DNA of 60,992 nucleotides, from the IMG/VR virus record IMGVR_UViG_3300022602_000006, positions 1 through 60,992 of that record. One strand, written 5' to 3'. Below are positions 27,050 through 36,329 of this stretch, piece by piece. The position numbers and the translations under genes are program-made. The stretch's first letter is position 1. Every line of letters begins with the position of its first letter. The notes beneath the pieces were generated by a model that saw nothing but the letters and a program-made list of their open reading frames with translations, ran no database searches and had not been told where the DNA came from. The DNA comes from a virus (Duplodnaviria; Caudoviricetes).

Positions 27050-27693
27050 TGAACTTCTCGCAGCTATCACAGGCGATTCAGGATTACTGCGAAACGACTG
27101 AACCGTCGTTCATCCAGAACATCCCGAATTTTATCCAGCAAGCTGAAGAGCGGATCTACAACTCCGTCCAGCTTCCTGCGATCCGCAAGAACGTCACCGG
27201 CACCATCAGCGCCGGTAACTCGTACTTGTCGTTGCCTAGTGATTATTTGGCTGCGTTCTCCGTCGCCGTGTTTACCTACGGTAGCCCCAGCAGTAACTAT
27301 TTGTACTTGCTGGATAAGGACGTGAACTTCATCCGTGAGTCGTTCCCGGCCTCTGGGTATCAGGCTCAACCCCAGTACTACGCGCAATTCCAGCCATATG
27401 TTTACTTACTGGGGCCGACGCCTGATGTAAACTACGGGGTAGAGCTTCACTACTATTATTACCCGGAGTCGATTGTGACCGCTGGGTCGTCATGGGTTGG
27501 GGATAACTTTGAAACTGTTCTTCTGTACGGGTCGCTTCGTGAAGCGTATCTCTACTTGAAGGGTGAACAGGATCTGGCCCAGCAATACGACCAGAAGTAT
27601 CAAGAGTCACTGGGTCTGCTCAAGATCCTCGGGGATGGTAAAGATCGTCGTGATGCTTATCGTAGTGGTCAAACAAGGATACCGGTACCATGA
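27049..27693 (+). CDS. Phage adaptor protein (second)
   Basis: FIQQAEERI, PQYYA, GPTPD, LLYGSL. Confidence 0.75.
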   Translation: MNFSQLSQAIQDYCETTEPSFIQNIPNFIQQAEERIYNSVQLPAIRKNVTGTISAGNSYLSLPSDYLAAFSVAVFTYGSPSSNYLYLLDKDVNFIRESFPASGYQAQPQYYAQFQPYVYLLGPTPDVNYGVELHYYYYPESIVTAGSSWVGDNFETVLLYGSLREAYLYLKGEQDLAQQYDQKYQESLGLLKILGDGKDRRDAYRSGQTRIPVP

Positions 27694-27983
27694 GTCTACA
27701 GGCGAGCGGCGGGGCATTCGTTGGTAACGTGAAAGTCTTTGCGACTGACAATCGTGGTTTTAATCCAGAAGAAATGGCTGACATGACGGTAGATAAGATT
27801 CTATACGTCGGCCAGAACAGCCATCCTGCGATCATTGAACAGGCCCGTGCCTTCAAAGAAAACATTCGCCAACTGCTTGTTGAAGCCTTTGCACAGGCTC
27901 AGCGAGAAGAGCGCAATACCATTTGCACACAACTTGAACTCAAAGGCCAAGGTGGCCTAGCTAAAATTATCAGGAGCATCTAA
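27690..27983 (+). CDS. Conserved hypothetical protein
   Basis: RGFNPEE, QARAFK. Confidence 0.7.
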   Translation: MSLQASGGAFVGNVKVFATDNRGFNPEEMADMTVDKILYVGQNSHPAIIEQARAFKENIRQLLVEAFAQAQREERNTICTQLELKGQGGLAKIIRSI

Positions 27984-27985
27984 AC

Positions 27986-28468
27986 ATGGCCGGTATTACC
28001 CAAGCGATGGCGACAAGCTTCAAGGTTGAACTCCTTGATGCTTATCATAACTTTTCAACGACCAACCCTGCTCGGTCAGCCAACACGGCTGATACGTTCA
28101 AGATGGCGCTGTTCCAAGGCACCGTGACCGGCACATACAGTGCTACCACGACTAACTACAGTAACATGACCGGCAACTCGGATGAAACGACGGGTACTGG
28201 ATACACGGCAGGTGGCAACACGCTCGTGATCTCCAACGCCCCATCGTCCGGTGCGTCACCGGCTACGACTGCATGGTTGAGTTTCAGCAACACCACGTGG
28301 TCTACCGCGACCATCTCGTCGTCGGGTGCCATGATCTATAACAGTTCACAAGGTAACCGTTCGGTATGCGTTTTGTCGTTTGGTGGTACTGTTTCATCAA
28401 CGGCAGGTAACTTTACCGTTCAGTTCCCCACGGCGGCTGCGAGTACGGCGATTATCCAGATTCAGTAA
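27986..28468 (+). CDS. Tail/fibre-associated structural protein
   Basis: SFKVELL, FKMALF, GYTAGG, GAMIYN. Confidence 0.7.
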   Translation: MAGITQAMATSFKVELLDAYHNFSTTNPARSANTADTFKMALFQGTVTGTYSATTTNYSNMTGNSDETTGTGYTAGGNTLVISNAPSSGASPATTAWLSFSNTTWSTATISSSGAMIYNSSQGNRSVCVLSFGGTVSSTAGNFTVQFPTAAASTAIIQIQ

Positions 28469-28478
28469 GGTGTAAATC

Positions 28479-31391
28479 ATGTCGCTTGTATACGCAGATC
28501 GTGTTAAAGAATCCACGACAACCACCGGAACGGGGTCAATTTCCCTCGGTGGGGCTGAAACGGGCTTTCAATCTTTTTCCGTTATTGGTAACGGTAATAC
28601 TTGCTATTACACGATTGCCGGTCAATCAACGGGTGAATGGGAAGTTGGGCTAGGCACTTATACACTAAGTTCTGCAACGCTTGCCCGTACTACGGTCTAC
28701 GCTTCGTCTAATAGCAACAATCTGGTGCCGTTCAGCGCGGGTACAAAAGACGTGTTTATCACGCTACCCGCTGTGGCTATTAGTTCGTACTTGAACAAAC
28801 TGACGGTTGGTTCTACTTCCGTCGTTAGTGGCACGGGCGGCTACATCCTATACAACGCCGGTGGAACGCTTGGAAATCTTGCGACCACGGGATCAGGCAA
28901 TGTTGTCCTTGCGACCAGCCCCACCCTGACCAGCCCCACCCTGACCACGCCTGTTATTGGTGCCGCCACGGGTACGAGCTTGGCCGTCACGGGTGCTTTG
29001 ACGACAGGTACCCAAGGTAGCGTTCAGGGTTCATTGATACTTACCAATACAAACTCCACCTATGCAACGACCGTTCAGTCGTCCAACAGTTCGACGGTTG
29101 CGTGGACAATGACGCTACCGACATCTAGCGGTAGCGCAGGTCAGTTGTTATCTACAAACGGATCGGGTGTGACCTCATGGGTGACAGGCGGGTTGATTGT
29201 TAATACCAGCCCCACATCAGGCGGCGCAGCCGGTCAGATCATGTTCGATACGGGGTCAGTGCTACAAGAGTCAAGCAACCTTGTTTGGGATAACACCAAT
29301 AAAGCCCTGACGCTTGGCGGCGGTACGGTAACAACCAGCAACCCCGTGTTGAACATGACGCAGACTTGGAACGCGTCGGGAATTACGACAACTGGTGCCA
29401 GCGGTACGGGAACGGTATCTACTCTTACGTTTGCGACTCAATCAACTGCATTGCCTGTTGGAGCAACCATTTCCGTAACCGGAGTCACTCCAAGTTCATA
29501 CAATGGAATTTTTGTTGTTACTGCATCAACAACGACTAGCGTTAGTTATGCAAATAGCGCGTCGGCATCACAAACCAATGCGGGTACTATTCAATTAGTA
29601 ATGACCGGCGCTTTGTTGAATATCACAAATACAGCTAGTTCTGGTTATTCAGCATTGGTGGATTTGCAAATTGGTGGGACAAGTAAATTTAAAGTTATTA
29701 ATACATCAACTCAATCTCTTGTTGCATTACCTGCAACTGGAGGTGGTATTGCTGGATATACATTACCTACAGGATTTTCTAACACCCCTGGTTTTTCTTG
29801 GGTTGCTAATGGAAGTGCATATCTTTCTTCCACAAATAATACTTTGACGTTACAAGACAATTATGCTGGCATTCATGCTTCAATCGTTTTGCGTCTTGAC
29901 CAAGGTCAGTACACTCAGTATTTAACCGTTATTGGAAATGCGAGTTTGCAATTAGGAAACGCAAACGCAGCATCGCCAGTAGCCCAGACGCTATCCGTCC
30001 AGTCCGTCGTTGCCGGTACGAGCAATACTGCTGGAACCAACTTTACGATAGCTGGCTCACAAGGTACTGGTACTGGTGCTGGTGGCAGCATCATATTCCA
30101 GACTGCTCCTGCTGGTAGCACGGGAACGAGTCAGAATGCTTTGTCTACTTTGCTCACGTTATCGTCTGCTGGCACAGCAACGATTTCATCTGGTACACAA
30201 ACGACATCTGTACCTGCTTTGAGCATTACTCAGACTTGGAACAATGCATCTACTACATTTGATGCGCCGTTCTTAATGAACATCACAAATACTGCGTCTG
30301 CAAATAACAGTAAATTTGTTGATCTTCAAATATCGGGAACAAGCTATTGGTCTATACGATCTAATAACCCTGCGCCGTACATGTCAATTGATAACAACAC
30401 AAACGCAGGAACGTACTACAACATTGCTGGATATGGCGGCAATGGCATGCAAATGTTTGTTGGAACCTCGCTTGTCGCTTCTACTGCTAATACGTCGGTT
30501 GGATTCAATACAAGCAGCTCAGTTTCACCATTTTTGTTTGCGGCAACCGGAACAGCAACACTTGCCGCTGATCCTGCTAATAGTAGATTTTCATTTGGCA
30601 CCGCTGCCAATTCTTTTGATTTATTCCTCACAAGACGCGCCGCTGCGAACATACAGCATGGAGCTGCCGATGCCGCCGCTCCCGTAGCCCAGACGCTATC
30701 CGTCCAGTCCGTCGTTGCCGGTACGAGCAACACGGCGGGTGCGAACTTTACGATAGCTGGCTCTCAAGGTACTGGTACTGGTGCTGGTGGCAGCATCATA
30801 TTCCAGACTGCTCCTGCTGGTACTACAGGTACAAGCCAAAATGCGTTGACGACGGCGTTGACGATTGCAGCAAGTGGAGCGGCAACTTTTTCAAATACTC
30901 TTTCGGCAAGTTATTTGAGTTTACCCGCAAATAATTCGGTTAACTGGGCTGGAACGCCGGTTTTAATCACGGGCACTTCAGCATACGCGTTATCCATATC
31001 CGCAAATTACATAGCGCATTACGGCGTTGGAAACCTTAATTTTCAAACCAACACCGGAACTATTCAGTTTCAAAGCGGCGCAACAACAGACGTTACAACG
31101 ACGTTCAAAAGCATTGCATCTCAGTCTACCAATCTTTCGGTTTGGGTAAATAGCTCATCAACAGTTGGCGTTGCTATCACAGGAAGCACATCGGTTCCAA
31201 TGTTGGTTACTTCGGCATTGACCTATGCAACGCTTCCGTCTCCATCAGCAACGGGAGCCGGTGGACGAGCTTTCATTACCGACAGCAACACGCAAGCCAC
31301 TTCGGCCAACTTCGGCGCAACGATCAGTTCGGGCGGCGGCAGCTATAAAGTTCCGTTGTGGACTGATGGAACTTCTTGGTATATCGGTTAA
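28479..31391 (+). CDS. Long tail fibre 2 (970 aa)
   Basis: DRVKE...EWEVG N-terminal anchor, Thr/Ser/Gly-rich, internal repeats. Confidence 0.85.
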   Translation: MSLVYADRVKESTTTTGTGSISLGGAETGFQSFSVIGNGNTCYYTIAGQSTGEWEVGLGTYTLSSATLARTTVYASSNSNNLVPFSAGTKDVFITLPAVAISSYLNKLTVGSTSVVSGTGGYILYNAGGTLGNLATTGSGNVVLATSPTLTSPTLTTPVIGAATGTSLAVTGALTTGTQGSVQGSLILTNTNSTYATTVQSSNSSTVAWTMTLPTSSGSAGQLLSTNGSGVTSWVTGGLIVNTSPTSGGAAGQIMFDTGSVLQESSNLVWDNTNKALTLGGGTVTTSNPVLNMTQTWNASGITTTGASGTGTVSTLTFATQSTALPVGATISVTGVTPSSYNGIFVVTASTTTSVSYANSASASQTNAGTIQLVMTGALLNITNTASSGYSALVDLQIGGTSKFKVINTSTQSLVALPATGGGIAGYTLPTGFSNTPGFSWVANGSAYLSSTNNTLTLQDNYAGIHASIVLRLDQGQYTQYLTVIGNASLQLGNANAASPVAQTLSVQSVVAGTSNTAGTNFTIAGSQGTGTGAGGSIIFQTAPAGSTGTSQNALSTLLTLSSAGTATISSGTQTTSVPALSITQTWNNASTTFDAPFLMNITNTASANNSKFVDLQISGTSYWSIRSNNPAPYMSIDNNTNAGTYYNIAGYGGNGMQMFVGTSLVASTANTSVGFNTSSSVSPFLFAATGTATLAADPANSRFSFGTAANSFDLFLTRRAAANIQHGAADAAAPVAQTLSVQSVVAGTSNTAGANFTIAGSQGTGTGAGGSIIFQTAPAGTTGTSQNALTTALTIAASGAATFSNTLSASYLSLPANNSVNWAGTPVLITGTSAYALSISANYIAHYGVGNLNFQTNTGTIQFQSGATTDVTTTFKSIASQSTNLSVWVNSSSTVGVAITGSTSVPMLVTSALTYATLPSPSATGAGGRAFITDSNTQATSANFGATISSGGGSYKVPLWTDGTSWYIG
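29979..30117 (+). repeat. 139-bp near-identical repeat, copy 1
   Basis: Matches 30684-30822; 705-bp in-frame offset. Confidence 0.9.
30684..30822 (+). repeat. 139-bp near-identical repeat, copy 2
   Basis: Matches 29979-30117. Confidence 0.9.
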
Positions 31392-31400
31392 GGAATCATC

Positions 31401-31754
31401 ATGGCAAACACATATCAAACTGCTTTCAATAGCCTTCAGTCTTACCCAACCTATCAGGGGCAGACTAATTGCGTATTCTCAATTAAATGGGTCATCAGCG
31501 GGACTGACGGCAACGGTCACAACGCAGCGGCGTATGGGACGACTGAAGTGCCGTACGACCCCGCAGACCCGTACATTCCGTATGACCAGTTGACCTTTGA
31601 CATCGTATTGGGTTGGTATAATGAGTACACACCTGCTGATACGATTACGGCTGCTGAAGCACAGATTGACGCGGACATTGAGAACCAAATCAACCCGCCA
31701 ACTCAGTCTTTGCCGTTGCCGTGGAATGCGCCAGCATCGCCGTCAAGTAAATAA
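31401..31754 (+). CDS. Fibre-associated small protein (chaperone-like)
   Basis: YIPYDQLT...VLGW, LPW motifs. Confidence 0.65.
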   Translation: MANTYQTAFNSLQSYPTYQGQTNCVFSIKWVISGTDGNGHNAAAYGTTEVPYDPADPYIPYDQLTFDIVLGWYNEYTPADTITAAEAQIDADIENQINPPTQSLPLPWNAPASPSSK

Positions 31755-31789
31755 TTGTTTCCCACAACTACGTCCACAGGAGGACGCAA

Positions 31790-31969
31790 ATGCAAATTGA
31801 ATTGAACCAGAACGAAGCACAGGTACTGCTCAACCTGATTGACATTGCGGTGAAGTCCGCAGGTCTTCAGGCAGCGGAAGCTGGACTTCATTTCCAGAAA
31901 ATGCTGTCAGCGGCACTGTCTGCTGACATCAAGGCAAATGAAACTGCCCCGGTAGCCGAGGCAGCGTAG
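31790..31969 (+). CDS. 59-aa helical protein (MQIELNQNEAQVLLNLIDIAVKSAG...)
   Basis: Manually translated; AGGAGG RBS. Confidence 0.7.
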   Translation: MQIELNQNEAQVLLNLIDIAVKSAGLQAAEAGLHFQKMLSAALSADIKANETAPVAEAA

Positions 31970-31976
31970 GTAGCCA

Positions 31977-32666
31977 ATGCTTGGGTACGTAGCCCTATCT
32001 GAAAGCACAGTATCAGATGTTACTTATCAGTACATCAATACGGCAGGTGGCGGCTACGTATCCATTTCCGAAAACGCGATCTCATCCTATTGGGTTAGTG
32101 CGTTTGTAGGAGTTACCGCCGTTGCGGCGACGGGTGTAGTTGAATCGGTCAATTATGAAGCCGACGCCAATGTTTCTGTTACCGCCGTAACGGCTACCGG
32201 CGCGGTAAAGTCTGTTACCGTCTCTGAAGACGCCAACGAGTCTGTTACCGGCGTCACGGCTACCGGCGTCCTTGGTATACCCGTTGAAGTTGTTACCGAA
32301 GTCATCCCCGTCTCCGGGGTTGTCGGCACGGTAACAGTTCAATCGGTCAGCGTTGTAATCAGTATTGCTGTTACCCCGGTTACGGCCACGGGGGTAGTTA
32401 AGTCAGTTACGGCGACGGTAGCAGTTGATGAGGTAGTTACCCCAGTCACCGCCGTTGCTGTGCTGGAATCGGTTACAAGTCATGGAGATGCGAATGTCAT
32501 CTTATCTGGACTTTTCTGTAAAGGGTATATTGAATCGGTCAACGTCTGGGGTATCATACCGACCAACGAGACTGCGAATTGGGTGCCTGTATCCGATTCG
32601 GAAGCCGCAAACTGGACGCCGGTCACAACCGCTGAAACACCCGACTGGGTGCCTGTTGCTGCTTAA
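31977..32666 (+). CDS. Val/Thr-rich repeat structural protein
   Basis: VTAV.ATG.V.SV repeats; Trp repeats at C-terminus. Confidence 0.7.
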   Translation: MLGYVALSESTVSDVTYQYINTAGGGYVSISENAISSYWVSAFVGVTAVAATGVVESVNYEADANVSVTAVTATGAVKSVTVSEDANESVTGVTATGVLGIPVEVVTEVIPVSGVVGTVTVQSVSVVISIAVTPVTATGVVKSVTATVAVDEVVTPVTAVAVLESVTSHGDANVILSGLFCKGYIESVNVWGIIPTNETANWVPVSDSEAANWTPVTTAETPDWVPVAA

Positions 32667-32678
32667 TAGGATACAGAT

Positions 32679-34730
32679 ATGTCTGATACTACCTACTCGA
32701 CCAACCTTGCCCTGACGTTGTTGGGGCTGTCGCCAGACGACGTTTGGGGTGGTACCACTAATAATAACCTCGGTACCCTGATCGAACAGGCTATCAGCGG
32801 CTACGTCACGCAAAACTTTACCGATGCAGACGTGACGCTTGTCATGTCGCCGGGAACTTCGGCTACCGCTCGCAACATGTATATCGAGTGCACGGGAACA
32901 AACACCGCCACTCGACAACTGATTGTCCCGCCGAATAAAAAGCTTTACTACGTTTATAACAACACAGCGGCTGTGTCGAGTGCAACGGCCAGCCAGTGTT
33001 CCATCAGTGGCACGACACTGACTATTGGCGGCACGATCACGGGGACGTTCTCCGCTGGTCAAGTGATTAGCGGTAATGGCATTGTCAACGGTACAACAAT
33101 TCTTAGCCAGCTTAGCGGTACTACAGGTGGTGCGGGTACTTATCTAGTAGATACTTTTCAAACCACATTCGCTACTTCTACAGCAAGTTACATTTCAGGT
33201 ACGACATTAACTGTTGGTGGATCTGTTACTGGTACGTTCGTTATTGGGCAAGTCCTTGGCGGTACCGGCGTTACTACTGGTACGACAATCACCGGCTACC
33301 TCACGGGTAGCGGCGGTGTAGGAACGTATACTGTTACGCCGTCACAAGGGCCAGCAGCGGCGTCTGCCGCCAATTTAATCACCGGCACAAATCTTGTAAT
33401 TACTGGCCCTGTCAGCGGTACGTTTGCTGCTGGGCAAATTGTTTCTGGCCCCGGTGTAACTGTACCAACAACAATCGTCAGTCAATCTAGTGGTACTACC
33501 GGCGGTGCAGGTACATATGTCATCACGCCCACACAGCAGCCGCCTTCAGCTACGTTAGCATCAGTCGCTAGCGGAGTGCTTACTATTGATGCGGCTGGAA
33601 CAAACACCGGCACGTTTGCTATTGGGCAACAAATAGGTGATAGCTTCGGCATATTGTCTGGTGTTGTTATCATTGCATTGGGCACCGGTACCGGCGGTGC
33701 AGGTACGTACAATGTTAGTGGAACGCAGACGCTACCTACCGCTACCACATGGTCGATCAGCGGTACGTCACTTACGGTCAGTGGCACGACTGGAACATTT
33801 GGTATTGGGCAAGTGTTGTCTGGCACCGGCATTTCCGCAGGTACAACCATTACTGCGGGTACTTCATCTCCATACACCATCAACAATTCTCAAACTGTTA
33901 GTGGTACAGGCACGTTAACAATTTCCGAATATCCAGTTTCGGTTACGTCTTACGCCATCACAGCTAATCTACCGACCTCGATTAATTCACAACCTGTAGG
34001 AATTACAGGCGCACTTCCCGGTGACGGTTACGGCATATTCGTTACGGCTGATGGTTCTACAGGCGTTACGGTGGCTCGCGGGTCAAGACAAGTTCTTGTT
34101 TACGACGGCACGACTGTTGCTAGCGCATTGACTGGAATATCTTCTAGTGGATCTACCGCTACAAACATCCTTGGCGGTGCTGCGAATGAAATTTTGGTTC
34201 AAACCGGTACTAATGCTACAGGGTTTATTACGGCTCCATCTACGGCTAATCAGTTTTTAACTTGGACGGGATCCGGATTTGCATGGGCTACTGGCGGTAC
34301 AGGTGTTACTTCATTTAATGGGCGTACAGGCGTTGTAACTCCACAATCCGGTGACTATACCGCTGCCCAAGTAGGCGCTATCGCGCTCACTTCTTTTACT
34401 GGTTCAAGCAATCAACTTTTAGCTAGTAGAGGGTTTCAAAAAATCCCCGGTGGGTTGTTAGTTCAATGGGGATTTCAAACTATTGGTAGCGAAAACATTT
34501 ACGGCCCGTTTACATTCCCTACCGCGTTCTCAGCCAAACCATGGTCGATTGCCACTACCATTACGATGGTATCTACAGCTCTGAATGTTAATTACAACGT
34601 AGCTGCGTTTAGTGATACGTCTGGCACTTATGCGACTACCGCAAGTCAGTTTTATATTTACAGCAATTACGAAGGAGGAGGCGGCAACAATCCTACTGGG
34701 TTTTACTGGATAGCTGTTGGCCCAAGTTAA
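32679..34730 (+). CDS. Tail fibre 3 with ~5 tandem beta domains and gp53-like C-terminus
   Basis: WG.TTN.NL anchor; ISGTTL...GQV.SG...GGAGTY repeats; [14 protein letters not shown]. Confidence 0.85.
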   Translation: MSDTTYSTNLALTLLGLSPDDVWGGTTNNNLGTLIEQAISGYVTQNFTDADVTLVMSPGTSATARNMYIECTGTNTATRQLIVPPNKKLYYVYNNTAAVSSATASQCSISGTTLTIGGTITGTFSAGQVISGNGIVNGTTILSQLSGTTGGAGTYLVDTFQTTFATSTASYISGTTLTVGGSVTGTFVIGQVLGGTGVTTGTTITGYLTGSGGVGTYTVTPSQGPAAASAANLITGTNLVITGPVSGTFAAGQIVSGPGVTVPTTIVSQSSGTTGGAGTYVITPTQQPPSATLASVASGVLTIDAAGTNTGTFAIGQQIGDSFGILSGVVIIALGTGTGGAGTYNVSGTQTLPTATTWSISGTSLTVSGTTGTFGIGQVLSGTGISAGTTITAGTSSPYTINNSQTVSGTGTLTISEYPVSVTSYAITANLPTSINSQPVGITGALPGDGYGIFVTADGSTGVTVARGSRQVLVYDGTTVASALTGISSSGSTATNILGGAANEILVQTGTNATGFITAPSTANQFLTWTGSGFAWATGGTGVTSFNGRTGVVTPQSGDYTAAQVGAIALTSFTGSSNQLLASRGFQKIPGGLLVQWGFQTIGSENIYGPFTFPTAFSAKPWSIATTITMVSTALNVNYNVAAFSDTSGTYATTASQFYIYSNYEGGGGNNPTGFYWIAVGPS

Positions 34731-34944
34731 TATGGACTATGAAGAAAAAGTAGACGACACATCAAAGAAGCTGGACGTGCATCTTGCTGAATGCGCATTG
34801 CGCTATCACACGATAGCCGACTCCCTTGTTAGAGGCGAGAAGGTAATGAACCGGTTACAGCTATTAATTGGCTTGCTAGCGGTTATGGTGTTACTTGGCC
34901 CCGGCTTTGCGGCTGAACTACTTAAGAAGTTTATAGGGGGCTAA
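34731..34944 (+). CDS. Small coiled-coil plus TM protein, holin/antiholin-like (approximate start)
   Basis: HLAECALRY, C-terminal TM helix; ORF track 34717-34944, Met near 34732. Confidence 0.5.
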
Positions 34945-35214
34945 ATGTTCGATTCAAGCAAAATAGTTCCGATGGTATTCCCAGTCATGGTTGCTGCCGT
35001 AGGCTGGATGATCACCTCTGTTACTTCTATGCAAAATGAATTGGTTGATATTCGTTCAAAGATGCCAGCATTAATTACACCACAAGGTGTACCAACGGAT
35101 AGTCCAATTTCTGCTGAAGCAAGAACTAAATTGAAAGAAGATTTGAACGAAAAGCTAAACGCGCTTTCAGTTCGTATTACTTTGCTTGAAGAACGGAGCA
35201 AGGATAAAAAATGA
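34945..35214 (+). CDS. N-terminal TM plus coiled-coil protein (lysis module)
   Basis: Hydrophobic N-terminus; position. Confidence 0.55.
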   Translation: MFDSSKIVPMVFPVMVAAVGWMITSVTSMQNELVDIRSKMPALITPQGVPTDSPISAEARTKLKEDLNEKLNALSVRITLLEERSKDKK

Positions 35215-35714
35215 ATCTTTCTTGGCTTGCTCAATTAGCTCCTACAGTTGCTACTGCGCTTGGTGGCCCTTTGGCGGGTATGGCTGTTGAGGCCGTAGGT
35301 AAAGCTTTGGGTGTGCCACCTGATGATGCCAAAAAGCTACTTGAATCGGGCAAGATGACTTCAGATCAAATCACGCTTATCAAACAAGCTGAGATCGCGT
35401 TACAGGCACAAGCCCAAGAACTGGGTTTAAACTTTGAAAAGTTAGCAGTCCAAGACCGCGCTTCAGCCCGTTCCATGCAATCCGAAACTCGCTCATGGAT
35501 ACCCGGCGTTATGGCTTTGGTGGTGACTATTGGGTTTTTTGGAATTCTCATTGGGTTGATGAGCGGCAAAGTGACTGCTGGGCCTGAGATTGAAATTATG
35601 CTGGGTTCATTGGGCACTGCTTGGACAGGAATTATTGGTTTCTATTTTGGTTCATCTGCCAGTAGCCAAAAGAAGGATGAACTTATTCATCAATCAACTC
35701 CGGTGGGACAATGA
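35211..35714 (+). CDS. Putative holin (3TM type)
   Basis: APTVATALGGPL, DRASAR, FYFGSS. Confidence 0.7.
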   Translation: MNLSWLAQLAPTVATALGGPLAGMAVEAVGKALGVPPDDAKKLLESGKMTSDQITLIKQAEIALQAQAQELGLNFEKLAVQDRASARSMQSETRSWIPGVMALVVTIGFFGILIGLMSGKVTAGPEIEIMLGSLGTAWTGIIGFYFGSSASSQKKDELIHQSTPVGQ

Positions 35715-36130
35715 TTAATTCTCGTAGCCTTGATGAACTTCTTTTGCCGGTACGCACCAAGGTAGACGCCTTTATTGCATCGTGCAAAAGCGAGGGGATT
35801 GACCTCCTTGTTACCTCTACCTACCGCGACATTGAATCGCAGGAAGCGCTTTATGATCAAGGACGTACTACGGAAGGAAAGATCGTCACCAACGCTCGCG
35901 GAGGCCAGTCTTTTCATAATTTTCGTTGTGCTATCGACATCGTTCCTCTTGTCAATGGTAAGCCTGATTGGGATGGTTCTCACCCTGTTTGGGCAAAGAT
36001 CGGATCACTAGGTAAGGCGGCTGGCCTCGACTGGGCTGGCGAGTGGAAGAGCTTTAAAGAGCTGGCTCATTTCCAGTACACGGGGGGCTTGACCCTCGCA
36101 GACCTGAATGCCGGTAAAACGGTTGTATAA
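35711..36130 (+). CDS. Endolysin, M15 L-Ala-D-Glu peptidase
   Basis: TYR...Q..LY.QGRT, SFHNF.CAID, W.G.W, ELAHFQ. Confidence 0.92.
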   Translation: MINSRSLDELLLPVRTKVDAFIASCKSEGIDLLVTSTYRDIESQEALYDQGRTTEGKIVTNARGGQSFHNFRCAIDIVPLVNGKPDWDGSHPVWAKIGSLGKAAGLDWAGEWKSFKELAHFQYTGGLTLADLNAGKTVV

Positions 36131-36139
36131 GGAGTAATC

Positions 36140-36319
36140 ATGATGCTTGGATATATCGCTGCTTCGTTCGTTCTTGGTGCCATTGGTGGCTGGCTGGCTT
36201 GCCAGTCTTTCAAACAAAAAGCTGATGCCGCTGTCAAAGTGGCCGTGGCCGATGTTACTGCCGTCAAAGCCGACGCCACCGCTGCGGTTGATGCCGTCAA
36301 GTCCGACGTAAGCAAATAA
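36140..36319 (+). CDS. 59-aa membrane-anchored protein
   Basis: Manually translated MMLGYIAASFVLGAIGGWL...; AAGGAG RBS. Confidence 0.65.
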   Translation: MMLGYIAASFVLGAIGGWLACQSFKQKADAAVKVAVADVTAVKADATAAVDAVKSDVSK

Positions 36320-36329
36320 GACTAGGCCC

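Noticed and set aside
29979-30822. Diversity-generating retroelement TR/VR pair
   Set aside because: No reverse transcriptase; both copies are in frame inside one gene and are not at the C-terminus
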